From an uncultured Gammaproteobacteria bacterium (GTDB lineage Bacteria > Patescibacteriota > Patescibacteriia > UBA2591 > UBA6264), in NCBI GenBank assembly GCA_964596735.1, contig CAZQVF010000006.1, positions 24,152 to 88,151 of the forward strand: DNA of 64,000 bases, written 5' to 3'. Both the position numbers and the translations under genes were made by a program. The number at the start of each line of letters is the position of its first letter. Position 1 is the stretch's first letter. The notes below the pieces were generated by a model. It ran no database searches. It was not told the DNA's origin and saw only the letters and a program-made list of their open reading frames with translations. Positions 30,284 through 38,966 of this stretch are shown here, one piece after another.

Positions 30284-32107
30284 ATGAAATCATTGATTAA
30301 AAATTTTCTTATTTTCTTAATCATTTTTTTGATTATCTCTGGAATCTTTAGTCTCTTGGGTAGTCAAAGCAAAAGAATTCAAGAAATCAGTTTAAACGAA
30401 TTGGTTCAAGAAATTCAAGACGAATTAGTTCAAAAAATTACCATAGAAGAAAATCGTTTAAACATTCTCTTAATTGATCAAACACAACAAATTACATTTA
30501 AAGAAGAGAATGAATCTCTTGTTGAACTATTAAATAATTATGGTGTTTCTCCTGAAAAACTTTCCAAATTATCTTTGGTGGTTAAAAGTATGAGAGGAAG
30601 AAACACTTTTTTTAATATTATTTTTCCTCTTCTTATTCCCTTACTTTTATTAATCGGCTTGATTTATTTCTTTTCCAAGCAAGTTAAAGGGGCTGGGATG
30701 CAAGCTTTTAAGTTTGGAGAAAGTAAAGCAAGAAAAGTTAATCCTCAAGATAAAAAAGTAAAAACCACCTTTAAAGACGTGGCTGGCGTTCAAGAAGCTA
30801 AAGAAGAATTAAAAGAAATCGTTGACTTTTTAAAGAATCCTAAAAAATATATTCTTCTTGGAGCAAAAATCCCCAAAGGTGTTTTATTGGTTGGTCCTCC
30901 TGGCTGTGGAAAAACTCTTTTAGCGCGAGCTGTAGCTGGAGAGGCTAATACTCCCTTCTTCCATATTTCTGGTTCAGAATTTATTGAGCTCTTTGTTGGT
31001 GTTGGAGCCTCACGCGTCCGAGATCTTTTTACTAAAGCAAAAAAGAATCTTCCGGCTATTGTTTTTGTGGACGAATTAGACGCTGTTGGTCGTCAAAGAG
31101 GAGCGGGGTTAGGAGGTTCACATGATGAAAGAGAACAAACCTTAAACCAAATCTTAGTTGAACTTGATGGCTTTGAACCAAATATTGGTCTAATTGTCTT
31201 AGCGGCTACTAATCGTCCAGATATTTTAGATCCAGCGCTATTAAGACCAGGCCGTTTTGACCGAAAAGTAATCCTTAATTTACCAGACATTAAGGGTCGT
31301 GAATCAATTTTAAAAATTCATGCGAGGGGAAAACCACTCGACCCAAAAGTTAATCTTAAAAAAATTGCTGAGAGAACCCCCGGATTCACTGGAGCTGACT
31401 TAGAAAACCTTTTAAATGAAGCTTCAATTCTATCCGCTAAAACAAATAAGAAAAAAATTGGTTTAAAAGAAATATTAGAAAGCGTTGAAAGGGTTCTTTT
31501 AGGACCTGAAAGAAAAAGCCATATTCTCTCAAAAAAAGAAAAAGAAATTATCGCATTTCATGAAGCAGGGCACGCTATTGTTAGTCATGTTTTACCAGGA
31601 TGTGATCCTGTACAAAAAATTTCTATTATCTCCCGGGGACAAGCGGCCGGTTATACCTTAAGCATTCCTGAACAAGAAAAATTTCTTAAAACAAAGTCTG
31701 AGTTTTTAGATAATCTTTCTGCTCTATTAGGAGGATACGTGGCTGAAGAAGAAACCTTTGGACAAGTGACAACAGGGGCGGCTAATGATCTTCGCCGGGC
31801 AACTCAACTGTCTCGTAAACTAGTAACCGAATATGGGATGAGCAAAATATTAGGACCAAGAACTTTTGGCGAAAAAGAAGAAATGATTTTTCTTGGTCGT
31901 GAAATTGCTGAAAGAAGGGACTATTCTGAAGAATTTGCCCAAATTATTGACAAAGAAGTTTCTAGTTTCATTAAGCTCTGCTATGATAAGGCCAAAAACA
32001 TTCTTCAAAAAAATAAAACAAAACTAGAAGAAGTTGCTCAACTTTTATTAAAAAAGGAAACCTTAGAAAAAGAGACCTTTCTTAAAATAATGACTAAAAA
32101 GAAATAA
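30284..32107 (+). CDS. ftsH: ATP-dependent zinc metalloprotease FtsH
   Basis: 2 TM segments, [11 protein letters not shown] and HEAGH. Confidence 0.97.
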   Translation: MKSLIKNFLIFLIIFLIISGIFSLLGSQSKRIQEISLNELVQEIQDELVQKITIEENRLNILLIDQTQQITFKEENESLVELLNNYGVSPEKLSKLSLVVKSMRGRNTFFNIIFPLLIPLLLLIGLIYFFSKQVKGAGMQAFKFGESKARKVNPQDKKVKTTFKDVAGVQEAKEELKEIVDFLKNPKKYILLGAKIPKGVLLVGPPGCGKTLLARAVAGEANTPFFHISGSEFIELFVGVGASRVRDLFTKAKKNLPAIVFVDELDAVGRQRGAGLGGSHDEREQTLNQILVELDGFEPNIGLIVLAATNRPDILDPALLRPGRFDRKVILNLPDIKGRESILKIHARGKPLDPKVNLKKIAERTPGFTGADLENLLNEASILSAKTNKKKIGLKEILESVERVLLGPERKSHILSKKEKEIIAFHEAGHAIVSHVLPGCDPVQKISIISRGQAAGYTLSIPEQEKFLKTKSEFLDNLSALLGGYVAEEETFGQVTTGAANDLRRATQLSRKLVTEYGMSKILGPRTFGEKEEMIFLGREIAERRDYSEEFAQIIDKEVSSFIKLCYDKAKNILQKNKTKLEEVAQLLLKKETLEKETFLKIMTKKK

Positions 32108-32116
32108 ATTATTAAT

Positions 32117-33031
32117 ATGAAACCTGAACTAAAAACCTTGTTTAAAAATTCTTGGAATTTTGTTTGGCATCATCCATTTCTTTGGCTCTTTGGCTTCTTT
32201 GCTGCTTTTTTTACTAACAATGAAGTCCATTTAATTATTGCTAATTTCCAACGAATAAATAAGTGGGTAGATCAATTAATCATTTTTAAATCTTTTCAAA
32301 TACAGTTTCAAAATCTTTTAAATACTTTCACTCCTTTACAATTTCTTAATATAAAAACTAATTATCATTTAATCTTCGCTGTCATTGTTGTTCTTTTGTT
32401 TTTTTACTTATCCTTTCTTTCACAAATTTCCATTATCTTATCAGTAAAAAATCGTCATTTTAAAGAAAAATTGTCTTTCAATAAAATGTGGAAAAAAAGT
32501 AAAAATTTTCTTTGGCCTATTGTTGGAATTTATTTAATTATTTTCCTGCTTATTTATGGCTTCTTGTCTTTATTGGGCCTTTCTTTTTTCTATCAAATAC
32601 CTATTCCTTTTGTTGTTTATGTTTTTTTGTTTATAATTTTAGGCTTTCTCATTTCTTTTATCTCTAGATTTACTATTTGTTTCATAGTCTTAGAAAAAAA
32701 GAAATTCTTTAACGCAATCAAAATGGGAACTATATTCTTCTTTAAAAATTGGTTGACCACAATTAAAATTTCTATTTATTTTTGTTTAATCACTATTTTA
32801 ATCGGATTAGGGCTTTTCTTAGTTTCTGTAGGAACAGCCGTTCCCTTCCTAATCCTTGTTGACCTGTTTTTACGTTTAAATTTTGTTATTGGTTTTTGGT
32901 TAATTCTCGTCTTTTGGACAATTCTTATTCTTACTTTCTTCCTATTATTAAGTTCTATTTTTTCTGCCTGGCAATTCTCTGTTTGGACTTCATTTTTCAT
33001 GCGACATCGTAATTCCTCTGAAAAAGAATAG
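32117..33031 (+). CDS. Hypothetical polytopic membrane protein
   Basis: Hydrophobic ORF (LWLFGFFA), co-oriented with ftsH. Confidence 0.65.
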   Translation: MKPELKTLFKNSWNFVWHHPFLWLFGFFAAFFTNNEVHLIIANFQRINKWVDQLIIFKSFQIQFQNLLNTFTPLQFLNIKTNYHLIFAVIVVLLFFYLSFLSQISIILSVKNRHFKEKLSFNKMWKKSKNFLWPIVGIYLIIFLLIYGFLSLLGLSFFYQIPIPFVVYVFLFIILGFLISFISRFTICFIVLEKKKFFNAIKMGTIFFFKNWLTTIKISIYFCLITILIGLGLFLVSVGTAVPFLILVDLFLRLNFVIGFWLILVFWTILILTFFLLLSSIFSAWQFSVWTSFFMRHRNSSEKE

Positions 33032-33247
33032 GAAAAGATGTGGATAAAGGACAATCTTTCTTATGTATTTAAATTTTATACAAGGATAACTTAATCTATT
33101 AACATTTATTCAACACATTATCCCATTCTTTCCCATATAATCAATATTCTTAAACGTCTTTTTAAAGGCTTTTTACTAAAATCTCCTCTTTTCTCCACTT
33201 AGTTATTACTATATACTATATATAAATATATAATATAATAATATAAT
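33032..33247. other. Putative replication origin (oriC)
   Basis: Perfect DnaA box TGTGGATAA at 33039-33047, degenerate boxes (e.g. TTCTCCACT 33191-33199), AT-rich tract before dnaN, apparent C-rich to G-rich skew switch by eye. Confidence 0.65.
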
Positions 33248-34366
33248 ATGAAATTTTCATGTCTTCAAGAAAACCTTTCTCAGGGATTGAATACTTGTAC
33301 CCATTTAGCAGGTACAAGCAGAACAAGTTTACCTATTTTGAATAATATTCTATTAACAGCTCAAAAGGGTTTTCTTAAAATTAGCGCTACCAATTTAGAA
33401 ATAGCAATTGAAACAAAAATTAGAGCAAAAATAGAGAAAGAAGGAAAAATCACTATTCCAGCACAGTTATTTAATAATTATATAGATCTTTTGCCAAATG
33501 AAGCTTTAAATTTTGAAACAATTAAAGACGAAATATCGATTAAGAGTAAAAAACAAAGTGCAAAAATTAAAGGAATTTCGCCTGATGAATTTCCTATTAT
33601 TCCTTTAGTTGAAACAAAAGAAAAATTTTTAATAGAAGGGACAGCATTAAAAAATGCTTTAGAAAAAACAATTTTTTCTATTTCTTCTTCAGAGGTAAGA
33701 GCTGAATTGAGCGGGGCTCTTTTTTCTTTTAATAAACCAGAAAGAAATAAATTAACAATGGTTGGAACAGATAGTTATCGATTAACAGAGAAAGAAATTT
33801 CTGTTAAAAATACGCCTTCTAAGACAATTAAAAATCTTATTATTCCAGTAAGGACGCTTCAAGAGGTATTAAGAATTATTAAAGATAAAGGAGATGTGGA
33901 GATATGTTTGTCAGAAAATCAAATATTGTTTGTTCATAAGGGCACAGAACTCACCTCACGAGTAATTAACGGAGAGTATCCTGACTATAAGCAAACCATT
34001 CCCCAGGCAATAAAGACAAAAGTTTTAATTAAAAAAGAGGAGTTTTTAAGAAGCGTTAAAGCGGCTAGCTTTTTTACTAAATTAGGAATAAATGATATAA
34101 ATTTGAAATTTTTAGCCAAGGAAAACCAATTGATTATTTCTTCTCTTAATAGTCAGATTGGTGAAAATAAGGCAATATTGCCAGCCGAGGTTGTTGGGGA
34201 AAATAATGAAATAGTTTTTAATTATCGTTACCTAATAGACGGTTTAACCAATTTATCCGGAGATGAGGTCAGTCTAGAAATAGTTAATGATGACACCCCT
34301 GGATTAATAAGGTCGACAACAGATAAACATTACTTATATTTAATTATGCCGATAAAAAATAATTAA
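33248..34366 (+). CDS. dnaN: DNA polymerase III beta sliding clamp
   Basis: LPILNNIL, ATNLE, GTDSYRL, GEYPDY and YLIMPI motifs. Confidence 0.96.
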   Translation: MKFSCLQENLSQGLNTCTHLAGTSRTSLPILNNILLTAQKGFLKISATNLEIAIETKIRAKIEKEGKITIPAQLFNNYIDLLPNEALNFETIKDEISIKSKKQSAKIKGISPDEFPIIPLVETKEKFLIEGTALKNALEKTIFSISSSEVRAELSGALFSFNKPERNKLTMVGTDSYRLTEKEISVKNTPSKTIKNLIIPVRTLQEVLRIIKDKGDVEICLSENQILFVHKGTELTSRVINGEYPDYKQTIPQAIKTKVLIKKEEFLRSVKAASFFTKLGINDINLKFLAKENQLIISSLNSQIGENKAILPAEVVGENNEIVFNYRYLIDGLTNLSGDEVSLEIVNDDTPGLIRSTTDKHYLYLIMPIKNN

Positions 34367-34406
34367 CTTCCTACTTTTTAAAAAAAGTAGGATTAATGAG
34401 GTTTTT

Positions 34407-34682
34407 ATGAACAAAAAAGAATTAATCGAAGCCTTAACCAAAAAAGGTAAATGTTGTTCAAAAGCAGAAACAAGCAGATGCTTAAATGCTTTTGTTGAAA
34501 TTATTAAAACAACCTTAAAAGGAGGAGGGAAAGTAGTTATTGCTGGTTTTGGTACTTTTTCAGTTAAAAAAAGAGCAGCTCGAATTGGAGTTAACCCTCA
34601 AACTGGAGCAAGGATTCAAATTCCTGCCATGAGAGTTCCGAAATTTAAAGCAGGACAAGACTTTAAAAAGGTTGTTAAATAG
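34407..34682 (+). CDS. hup: HU family DNA-binding protein
   Basis: MNKKELI, GFGTF, GVNPQTG and PKFKAG motifs. Confidence 0.95.
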   Translation: MNKKELIEALTKKGKCCSKAETSRCLNAFVEIIKTTLKGGGKVVIAGFGTFSVKKRAARIGVNPQTGARIQIPAMRVPKFKAGQDFKKVVK

Positions 34683-34698
34683 TTTTTTACACTTATAT

Positions 34699-34728
34699 AA
34701 AAAAAGGCCTTTTAAGGGGTCTTTTTTT
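34699..34728 (+). terminator. Rho-independent terminator after hup
   Basis: AAAAAAAGGCCTT-TT-AAGGGGTC-TTTTTTT hairpin with U tract. Confidence 0.6.
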
Positions 34729-35140
34729 AATTTAAAAAAGCCTTAAAGGGCTATATTAAAACAATGTAACGTTTTTAGCTTTAAATCGTCTTAATTAGTA
34801 GTGCTAGACTAGTATTTAGAAAACTAAAAATATTTTGTGCCAGGGTATGTCCAATTAAGGCCCCTGGCTTTTTATTGTTAAATAGTATGGTTTTATAACG
34901 AAATACGAACTTTTTTGAAAATAATTATTAGGGGTTTATGATTTAGAAATTTTTCACTCTTACAACCCCGCAAAATTCGGGAGAATAAAAAGAAAAGGTT
35001 TAGGGGAGGGAATTTTTATCTGCCCTTTTATCCAACCGAAGTTTTATAAAGGCGGGTTTTCTCGTCCAAACGTGTTTTTTTATTTCGCCTTGCCAAATGC
35101 GCCGCCGAAACGCAAATATTATGTTATCCACAGTGTAGAC

Positions 35141-35194
35141 TTGACGAATTCTTTCCGAATTGGTACAGTACTGATGTACTATTACAACAGTACA
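35141..35194 (+). promoter_or_regulatory. Sigma70 promoter with TrpR operator-like palindrome
   Basis: TTGACG-N17-TACAGT with extended TG; TGTACT-N8-AGTACA at 35175-35194, same GTACT-N8-AGTAC geometry as the E. coli trp operator. Confidence 0.75.
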
Positions 35195-35199
35195 CAATT

Positions 35200-35472
35200 A
35201 TGAATTCAAAATACAAACAAGAATTAATAAATTTATTTATCCAAATTAAAAATCCCAAACTTATGGATGAGTTTTTAGAGGATATTCTTACTCCTGTAGA
35301 ATTTGAAGATATAATTACTCGCTGGCAAATTATTAAACAATTATCAAGAGGCGTTCCTCAAAGAGAAATAGCAAAGCAATTGGGAGTAAGTATAGCCAAA
35401 ATAACACGTGGTTCGCGGGAATTAAAGGATAAAAAAGGAGGATTTAATAAAGTATTGAGCATGAAGAAATAA
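35200..35472 (+). CDS. trpR: Trp repressor family (TrpR/YerC/YecD) regulator
   Basis: ILTPVE..RWQI..L..GVPQREIAKQLGVSIAKITRGSRELK HTH matches TrpR. Confidence 0.85.
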   Translation: MNSKYKQELINLFIQIKNPKLMDEFLEDILTPVEFEDIITRWQIIKQLSRGVPQREIAKQLGVSIAKITRGSRELKDKKGGFNKVLSMKK

Positions 35473-35478
35473 TAATTT

Positions 35479-35550
35479 ATGCAGATCAATAGTAGAAAAA
35501 ATTATTTAGCTTGGTGGACTTGTTACGATAAAGGCAAGATCCAATTTTAG
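35479..35550 (+). CDS. Trp-Trp leader peptide, 23 aa (MQINSRKNYLAWWTCYDKGKIQF), not in ORF track
   Basis: ATG 6 nt after the trpR stop; tandem TGG TGG at 35512-35517; embedded in attenuator structure. Confidence 0.8.
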   Translation: MQINSRKNYLAWWTCYDKGKIQF

Positions 35551-35606
35551 TATTACTAAATTTTATATAAAGCGCCTTGGATCTTGCCAGGGCGTTTTTT
35601 GTTTTT
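35512..35606 (+). promoter_or_regulatory. Tryptophan-sensing transcription attenuator
   Basis: 1:2 TGGACTTGTT/GGCAAGATCCA; 2:3 perfect 12-bp GGCAAGATCCAA (35533-44)/TTGGATCTTGCC (35577-88); 3:4 terminator GCGCCTTGG/CCAGGGCGT plus U tract. Confidence 0.82.
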
Positions 35607-35677
35607 GTCTGAAATAGGTTGGTGAATGATTCGCCAGTCTAAACAGACAAAAAAGATCTTTTGCGAAGGAGGAAATT

Positions 35678-36772
35678 ATGCCGTTTCGTACTGACGTATC
35701 CGAAAAAAAAATGGTGGGGATAGGAATCGACATCACAGAGGTCTGCAACCGCAAATGCCCAACTTGCTTCGTAGCTCACACGCCACGCAACATGACACTG
35801 GAGATGTTCCAATGTATTGTTGACCAAGGGATCGAAATGGGTTTCACAGAGCTGTATATACTGGGTGGCGAGCCCACTACCCACCCCAACATTATGGAGT
35901 GCCTACAGTACATAAAAGGTAAGTTTAGCCTCGTGATTCTTGTTACGAATATGGATCGCCTGGCAGACAAGGCTTTTTGTGTGGCAGTAGAGAAAATGGG
36001 TGTGATTATTGCTGGACAACGCCACACGCTTGCTTCAGATAGTGATAACAGTAAGATGGAGTACCTGCTCACGGGTGGTAATCACCTCAATAGCTCTCAC
36101 CAGGCATGGGAGAACGTAGCCTTGTTTTTCCCTGCTAACCGTGTCTGCGTGCAGTGTTGTATCACGGCGCCAGTGGTCAAGAACGGCAGTATTTACGAGG
36201 TATTCCGCTGGTGTCGCCGGATGGGATATGAACCCGTAATGGAGTTCACTAAGGAAGGAGGTGGCTTCAAGCGTGGTTGTAGTTTAGATGTGGATCCAAC
36301 CACTATGCTCAGCGTGCTCGAGGAACTCCGCCGCATCGACCAGCAGGAATTCGACCTACCTGGCGCGGATTTACTCTCACCTCAAGCCTACGGGAAGACG
36401 TGTCACATGCAGGAAACCTCAATCCATTTTTGCGTGGACGGCGAGGCAATTCCTTGTGTGGGGTATCCGGCCTTAAGCTACGGTAACATTATAACCACCG
36501 GAATCAGGGAGATGCTCGGACATCCACTCAGAGTTCACATCTCCAATCCGCAGGCCTGGGTGTATGGTTACTGCCGTGATGAGTGCCCTCACTTTGACCT
36601 ATGCACTGGTGGCTGTCGTGGTTCGAGTTTCGACATGTCTGGGTGTTATCGGGCGAGTTTCTATTACTGCCCGTATATCCCGCGCGAGCGTCTTACTCTC
36701 GTTGACATGATTCCTCCCTCCTGTGCTGGCTGTCCTCTCGAGGGCAAACCGGCCTGTAATCCTCGGCGTTAA
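35678..36772 (+). CDS. Radical SAM protein with SPASM-like Cys-rich C-terminus
   Basis: CNRKCPTC, LGGEP and C-terminal CRDECPHFDLCTGGCRG..C; strong SD AAGGAGG; GC about 50% by eye. Confidence 0.9.
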   Translation: MPFRTDVSEKKMVGIGIDITEVCNRKCPTCFVAHTPRNMTLEMFQCIVDQGIEMGFTELYILGGEPTTHPNIMECLQYIKGKFSLVILVTNMDRLADKAFCVAVEKMGVIIAGQRHTLASDSDNSKMEYLLTGGNHLNSSHQAWENVALFFPANRVCVQCCITAPVVKNGSIYEVFRWCRRMGYEPVMEFTKEGGGFKRGCSLDVDPTTMLSVLEELRRIDQQEFDLPGADLLSPQAYGKTCHMQETSIHFCVDGEAIPCVGYPALSYGNIITTGIREMLGHPLRVHISNPQAWVYGYCRDECPHFDLCTGGCRGSSFDMSGCYRASFYYCPYIPRERLTLVDMIPPSCAGCPLEGKPACNPRR

Positions 36773-36785
36773 TGTGCCGATATAG

Positions 36786-36823
36786 GGTAGGAGCTGTAAT
36801 AATTAAACATTACAGCTTCTACC
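36786..36823 (+). terminator. Long hairpin after radical SAM gene
   Basis: GGTAGGAGCTGTAAT / ATTACAGCTTCTACC inverted repeat; no strong U tract. Confidence 0.55.
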
Positions 36824-36865
36824 TACCTTCCCTCATTTTAAAATCTGTGAAATAATAACACTATT

Positions 36866-37585
36866 ATGATATCAATATATAAAAGACAATTTAGAATAAT
36901 TAAAAAATACTTAGGAATTAAAAAGATTATTTCAATTCGTTTTTCTAATACCAAAACCTTGAATTTTAAAAAATATAAAGATACAGTTTGCACAGCTTTG
37001 GCTCGAAGTTTCAAAAATAATATCTCTACATATATAGATAGACAAAAGGGACAATTGTGCCCTGGTGGCAATTATTTTTTGAACATTACTCACCTGTCAA
37101 AAAAAGAAATTTGTAACGTGTATATTAAAGACGAAAAAGTTTTTAAAAATAATACTGTCTGCTCCCTTTTTTTAAAAAAGTTGCCCAAATATCCTTCTTT
37201 AGCACAAAAAAGATATATATTATTTACTCCATTAAGTGAAGAAATTAGAAAACCCGATGTAATAATTTTTTTGACTACTCCAGCACAGGCTGGTAGAATT
37301 TTAGGGGTAAGTGTTTATAAGAAATTATCTCAACCTTTAATAATGCCGGCATTATCAACCTGTGCTAGTATATATGCACCAATTGAATCTAATAGAATCC
37401 ATTTAAATTTTATTGATTATTACGACCGGTATTACCAAGGAAAACAAAATGGACAATTGCTTTGGAAAGATGAAGAGCTGATTGTCTCAATGCCATATGG
37501 TATTTTTAAAGAAATAATCAAGTGTATTCCGCTGTCGGCTCATGGAAATTATAGACCAAAAATAAAACCGCAAAAAGTTGAGTAG
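36866..37585 (+). CDS. DUF169-like protein
   Basis: VCTAL..A, LCPGG, PDVIIF..TPAQA..L, STCA and EELIVSMP pattern recalled for DUF169. Confidence 0.65.
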   Translation: MISIYKRQFRIIKKYLGIKKIISIRFSNTKTLNFKKYKDTVCTALARSFKNNISTYIDRQKGQLCPGGNYFLNITHLSKKEICNVYIKDEKVFKNNTVCSLFLKKLPKYPSLAQKRYILFTPLSEEIRKPDVIIFLTTPAQAGRILGVSVYKKLSQPLIMPALSTCASIYAPIESNRIHLNFIDYYDRYYQGKQNGQLLWKDEELIVSMPYGIFKEIIKCIPLSAHGNYRPKIKPQKVE

Positions 37586-37601
37586 TTATAAACCATGTGG
37601 C

Positions 37602-37626
37602 GTGCCAGTACATTGGCACAAAAAAA
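37602..37626 (-). terminator. Terminator downstream of the tRNA pair
   Basis: GTGCCA-GTACAT-TGGCAC hairpin with adjacent A run, between convergent units; orientation uncertain. Confidence 0.4.
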
Positions 37627-37685
37627 TACGGTTGGGCGATATACACCGCCTACCGAATGTCGTTCGAAAACCAAAAAGTTTTTAT

Positions 37686-37759
37686 TGGTACCCCCAGTAG
37701 GAATCGAACCTACGTCAACTGCTTAAGAGGCAGCTGCTTTACCATTAAGCTATGGGGGC
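37686..37759 (-). tRNA. tRNA-Lys(CTT)
   Basis: Cloverleaf GCCCCCA..CT-CTT-AA..GGTTCGATTCC..TGGGGGT-ACCA with CCA encoded. Confidence 0.92.
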
Positions 37760-37770
37760 TTTAAATACAA

Positions 37771-37842
37771 TGCCTCCGAAGGGAATCGAACCCCTATTTA
37801 CAGTTCCGAAGACTGTCGTGTTATCCATTACACCACGGAGGC
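37771..37842 (-). tRNA. tRNA-Arg(TCG)
   Basis: GCCTCCG..ACAGT-CTTCGGA-ACTGT..GGTTCGATTCC..CGGAGGC-A. Confidence 0.92.
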
Positions 37843-37910
37843 TTAAGATATTTAAAAAATTAAATCGGAGACAGGAACTCCGACTTCTCTCTTTTAGATA
37901 AAATATTCTT

Positions 37911-38957
37911 TTATTCTTTTAAAATTTCTTCAGGATAATTAGCATGAGCCAATGCAGTTTTTAAGGTGATCGATCCATTGCGATAAAGTCTTTTTAGACT
38001 TTGTTCTAGGGTACACATTCCTTCTTTGCTGCTAGTTTGTAAAACAGATTTGATTTGTGCTACTTTATTCTCGCGAATTAAATTAGCAGCAGCACCAGTG
38101 TTAATAAGAACTTCTCGGGCAGCAACTCGTCCGCCGCCTATTTTAGGTAATAAGTGTTGAGAAAGAATTCCCTTAAGAGCAAGGGCTACCTGGAGCCGGA
38201 TTTGCCCTTGTTGATCAACCGGGAAAATATCAATAATTCTATCAATAGTTTGGGGAGCGTTGGCAGTATGAAGAGTAGCTAAAACCAAGTGACCAGTTTC
38301 TGCTAAAGTAATTGCCAAAGCAACGGTTTCTAGATCTCTCATCTCACTGACCAATATAACATCAGGATCCTGACGGACAATATGTTTAAGAGCGGATTGA
38401 AAAGAAATCATATCTTGATTTAATTCTCTTTGAGCAATAACGCTTTTTTTTGAAGTAAAAACAAATTCAATAGGGTCTTCTAGCGTAATAATATGACAAG
38501 CTCTTTTATTGTTAATATAATCAATTAGGGCAGCTAAAGTAGTTGATTTTCCACAACCAGTGGGACCAGTAACAAGAACTAGCCCATCACGGAGCTCTGC
38601 AAAGTCGTAGACTGCTTTAGGCATATCAATTTCTTCCATTGTTGGAATCTCGGGGCAGATTAAACGAGCGGCTAAAGCAAGGACATTTTTTTCCCAAAAA
38701 ATGCTAACCCTAAAACGAAAACCACCTTTAATTTGATAAGAAAATTCTAGATTTTTCTTATTAAAAAGTTCATCTTTTTGGTCTTTGTTAATTACAGGTT
38801 CTATCAAAGACAAAATATTTTCATGTTTAAGGGCAGGCCAGTTTTTTACAGGCCTCATGACCCCATCAATACGAAAAAATACAGGTAAATTTGTGGCTAA
38901 ATGGACGTCGGAAGCTTTTAAAGAAATGGCTCCCTTAAAAATTTCTTCAATATTCAT
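37911..38957 (-). CDS. pilT: Type IV pilus retraction ATPase
   Basis: GPTGCGKSTT, TLEDPIE, RQDPDVIL, AETGHLVLATLHT and NLIRE motifs. Confidence 0.92.
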   Translation of the reverse strand: MNIEEIFKGAISLKASDVHLATNLPVFFRIDGVMRPVKNWPALKHENILSLIEPVINKDQKDELFNKKNLEFSYQIKGGFRFRVSIFWEKNVLALAARLICPEIPTMEEIDMPKAVYDFAELRDGLVLVTGPTGCGKSTTLAALIDYINNKRACHIITLEDPIEFVFTSKKSVIAQRELNQDMISFQSALKHIVRQDPDVILVSEMRDLETVALAITLAETGHLVLATLHTANAPQTIDRIIDIFPVDQQGQIRLQVALALKGILSQHLLPKIGGGRVAAREVLINTGAAANLIRENKVAQIKSVLQTSSKEGMCTLEQSLKRLYRNGSITLKTALAHANYPEEILKE

Positions 38958-38966
38958 TTTATTTTT

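Noticed and set aside
35000-35197. 65-aa minus-strand ORF divergent from trpR
   Set aside because: It overlaps the promoter/operator, has no motif and leaves no room for its own promoter; likely spurious.
34683-37686. Integrative element or prophage at tRNA-Lys
   Set aside because: No integrase, and I found no duplicated tRNA 3' end (att) by eye; kept only as an islet.
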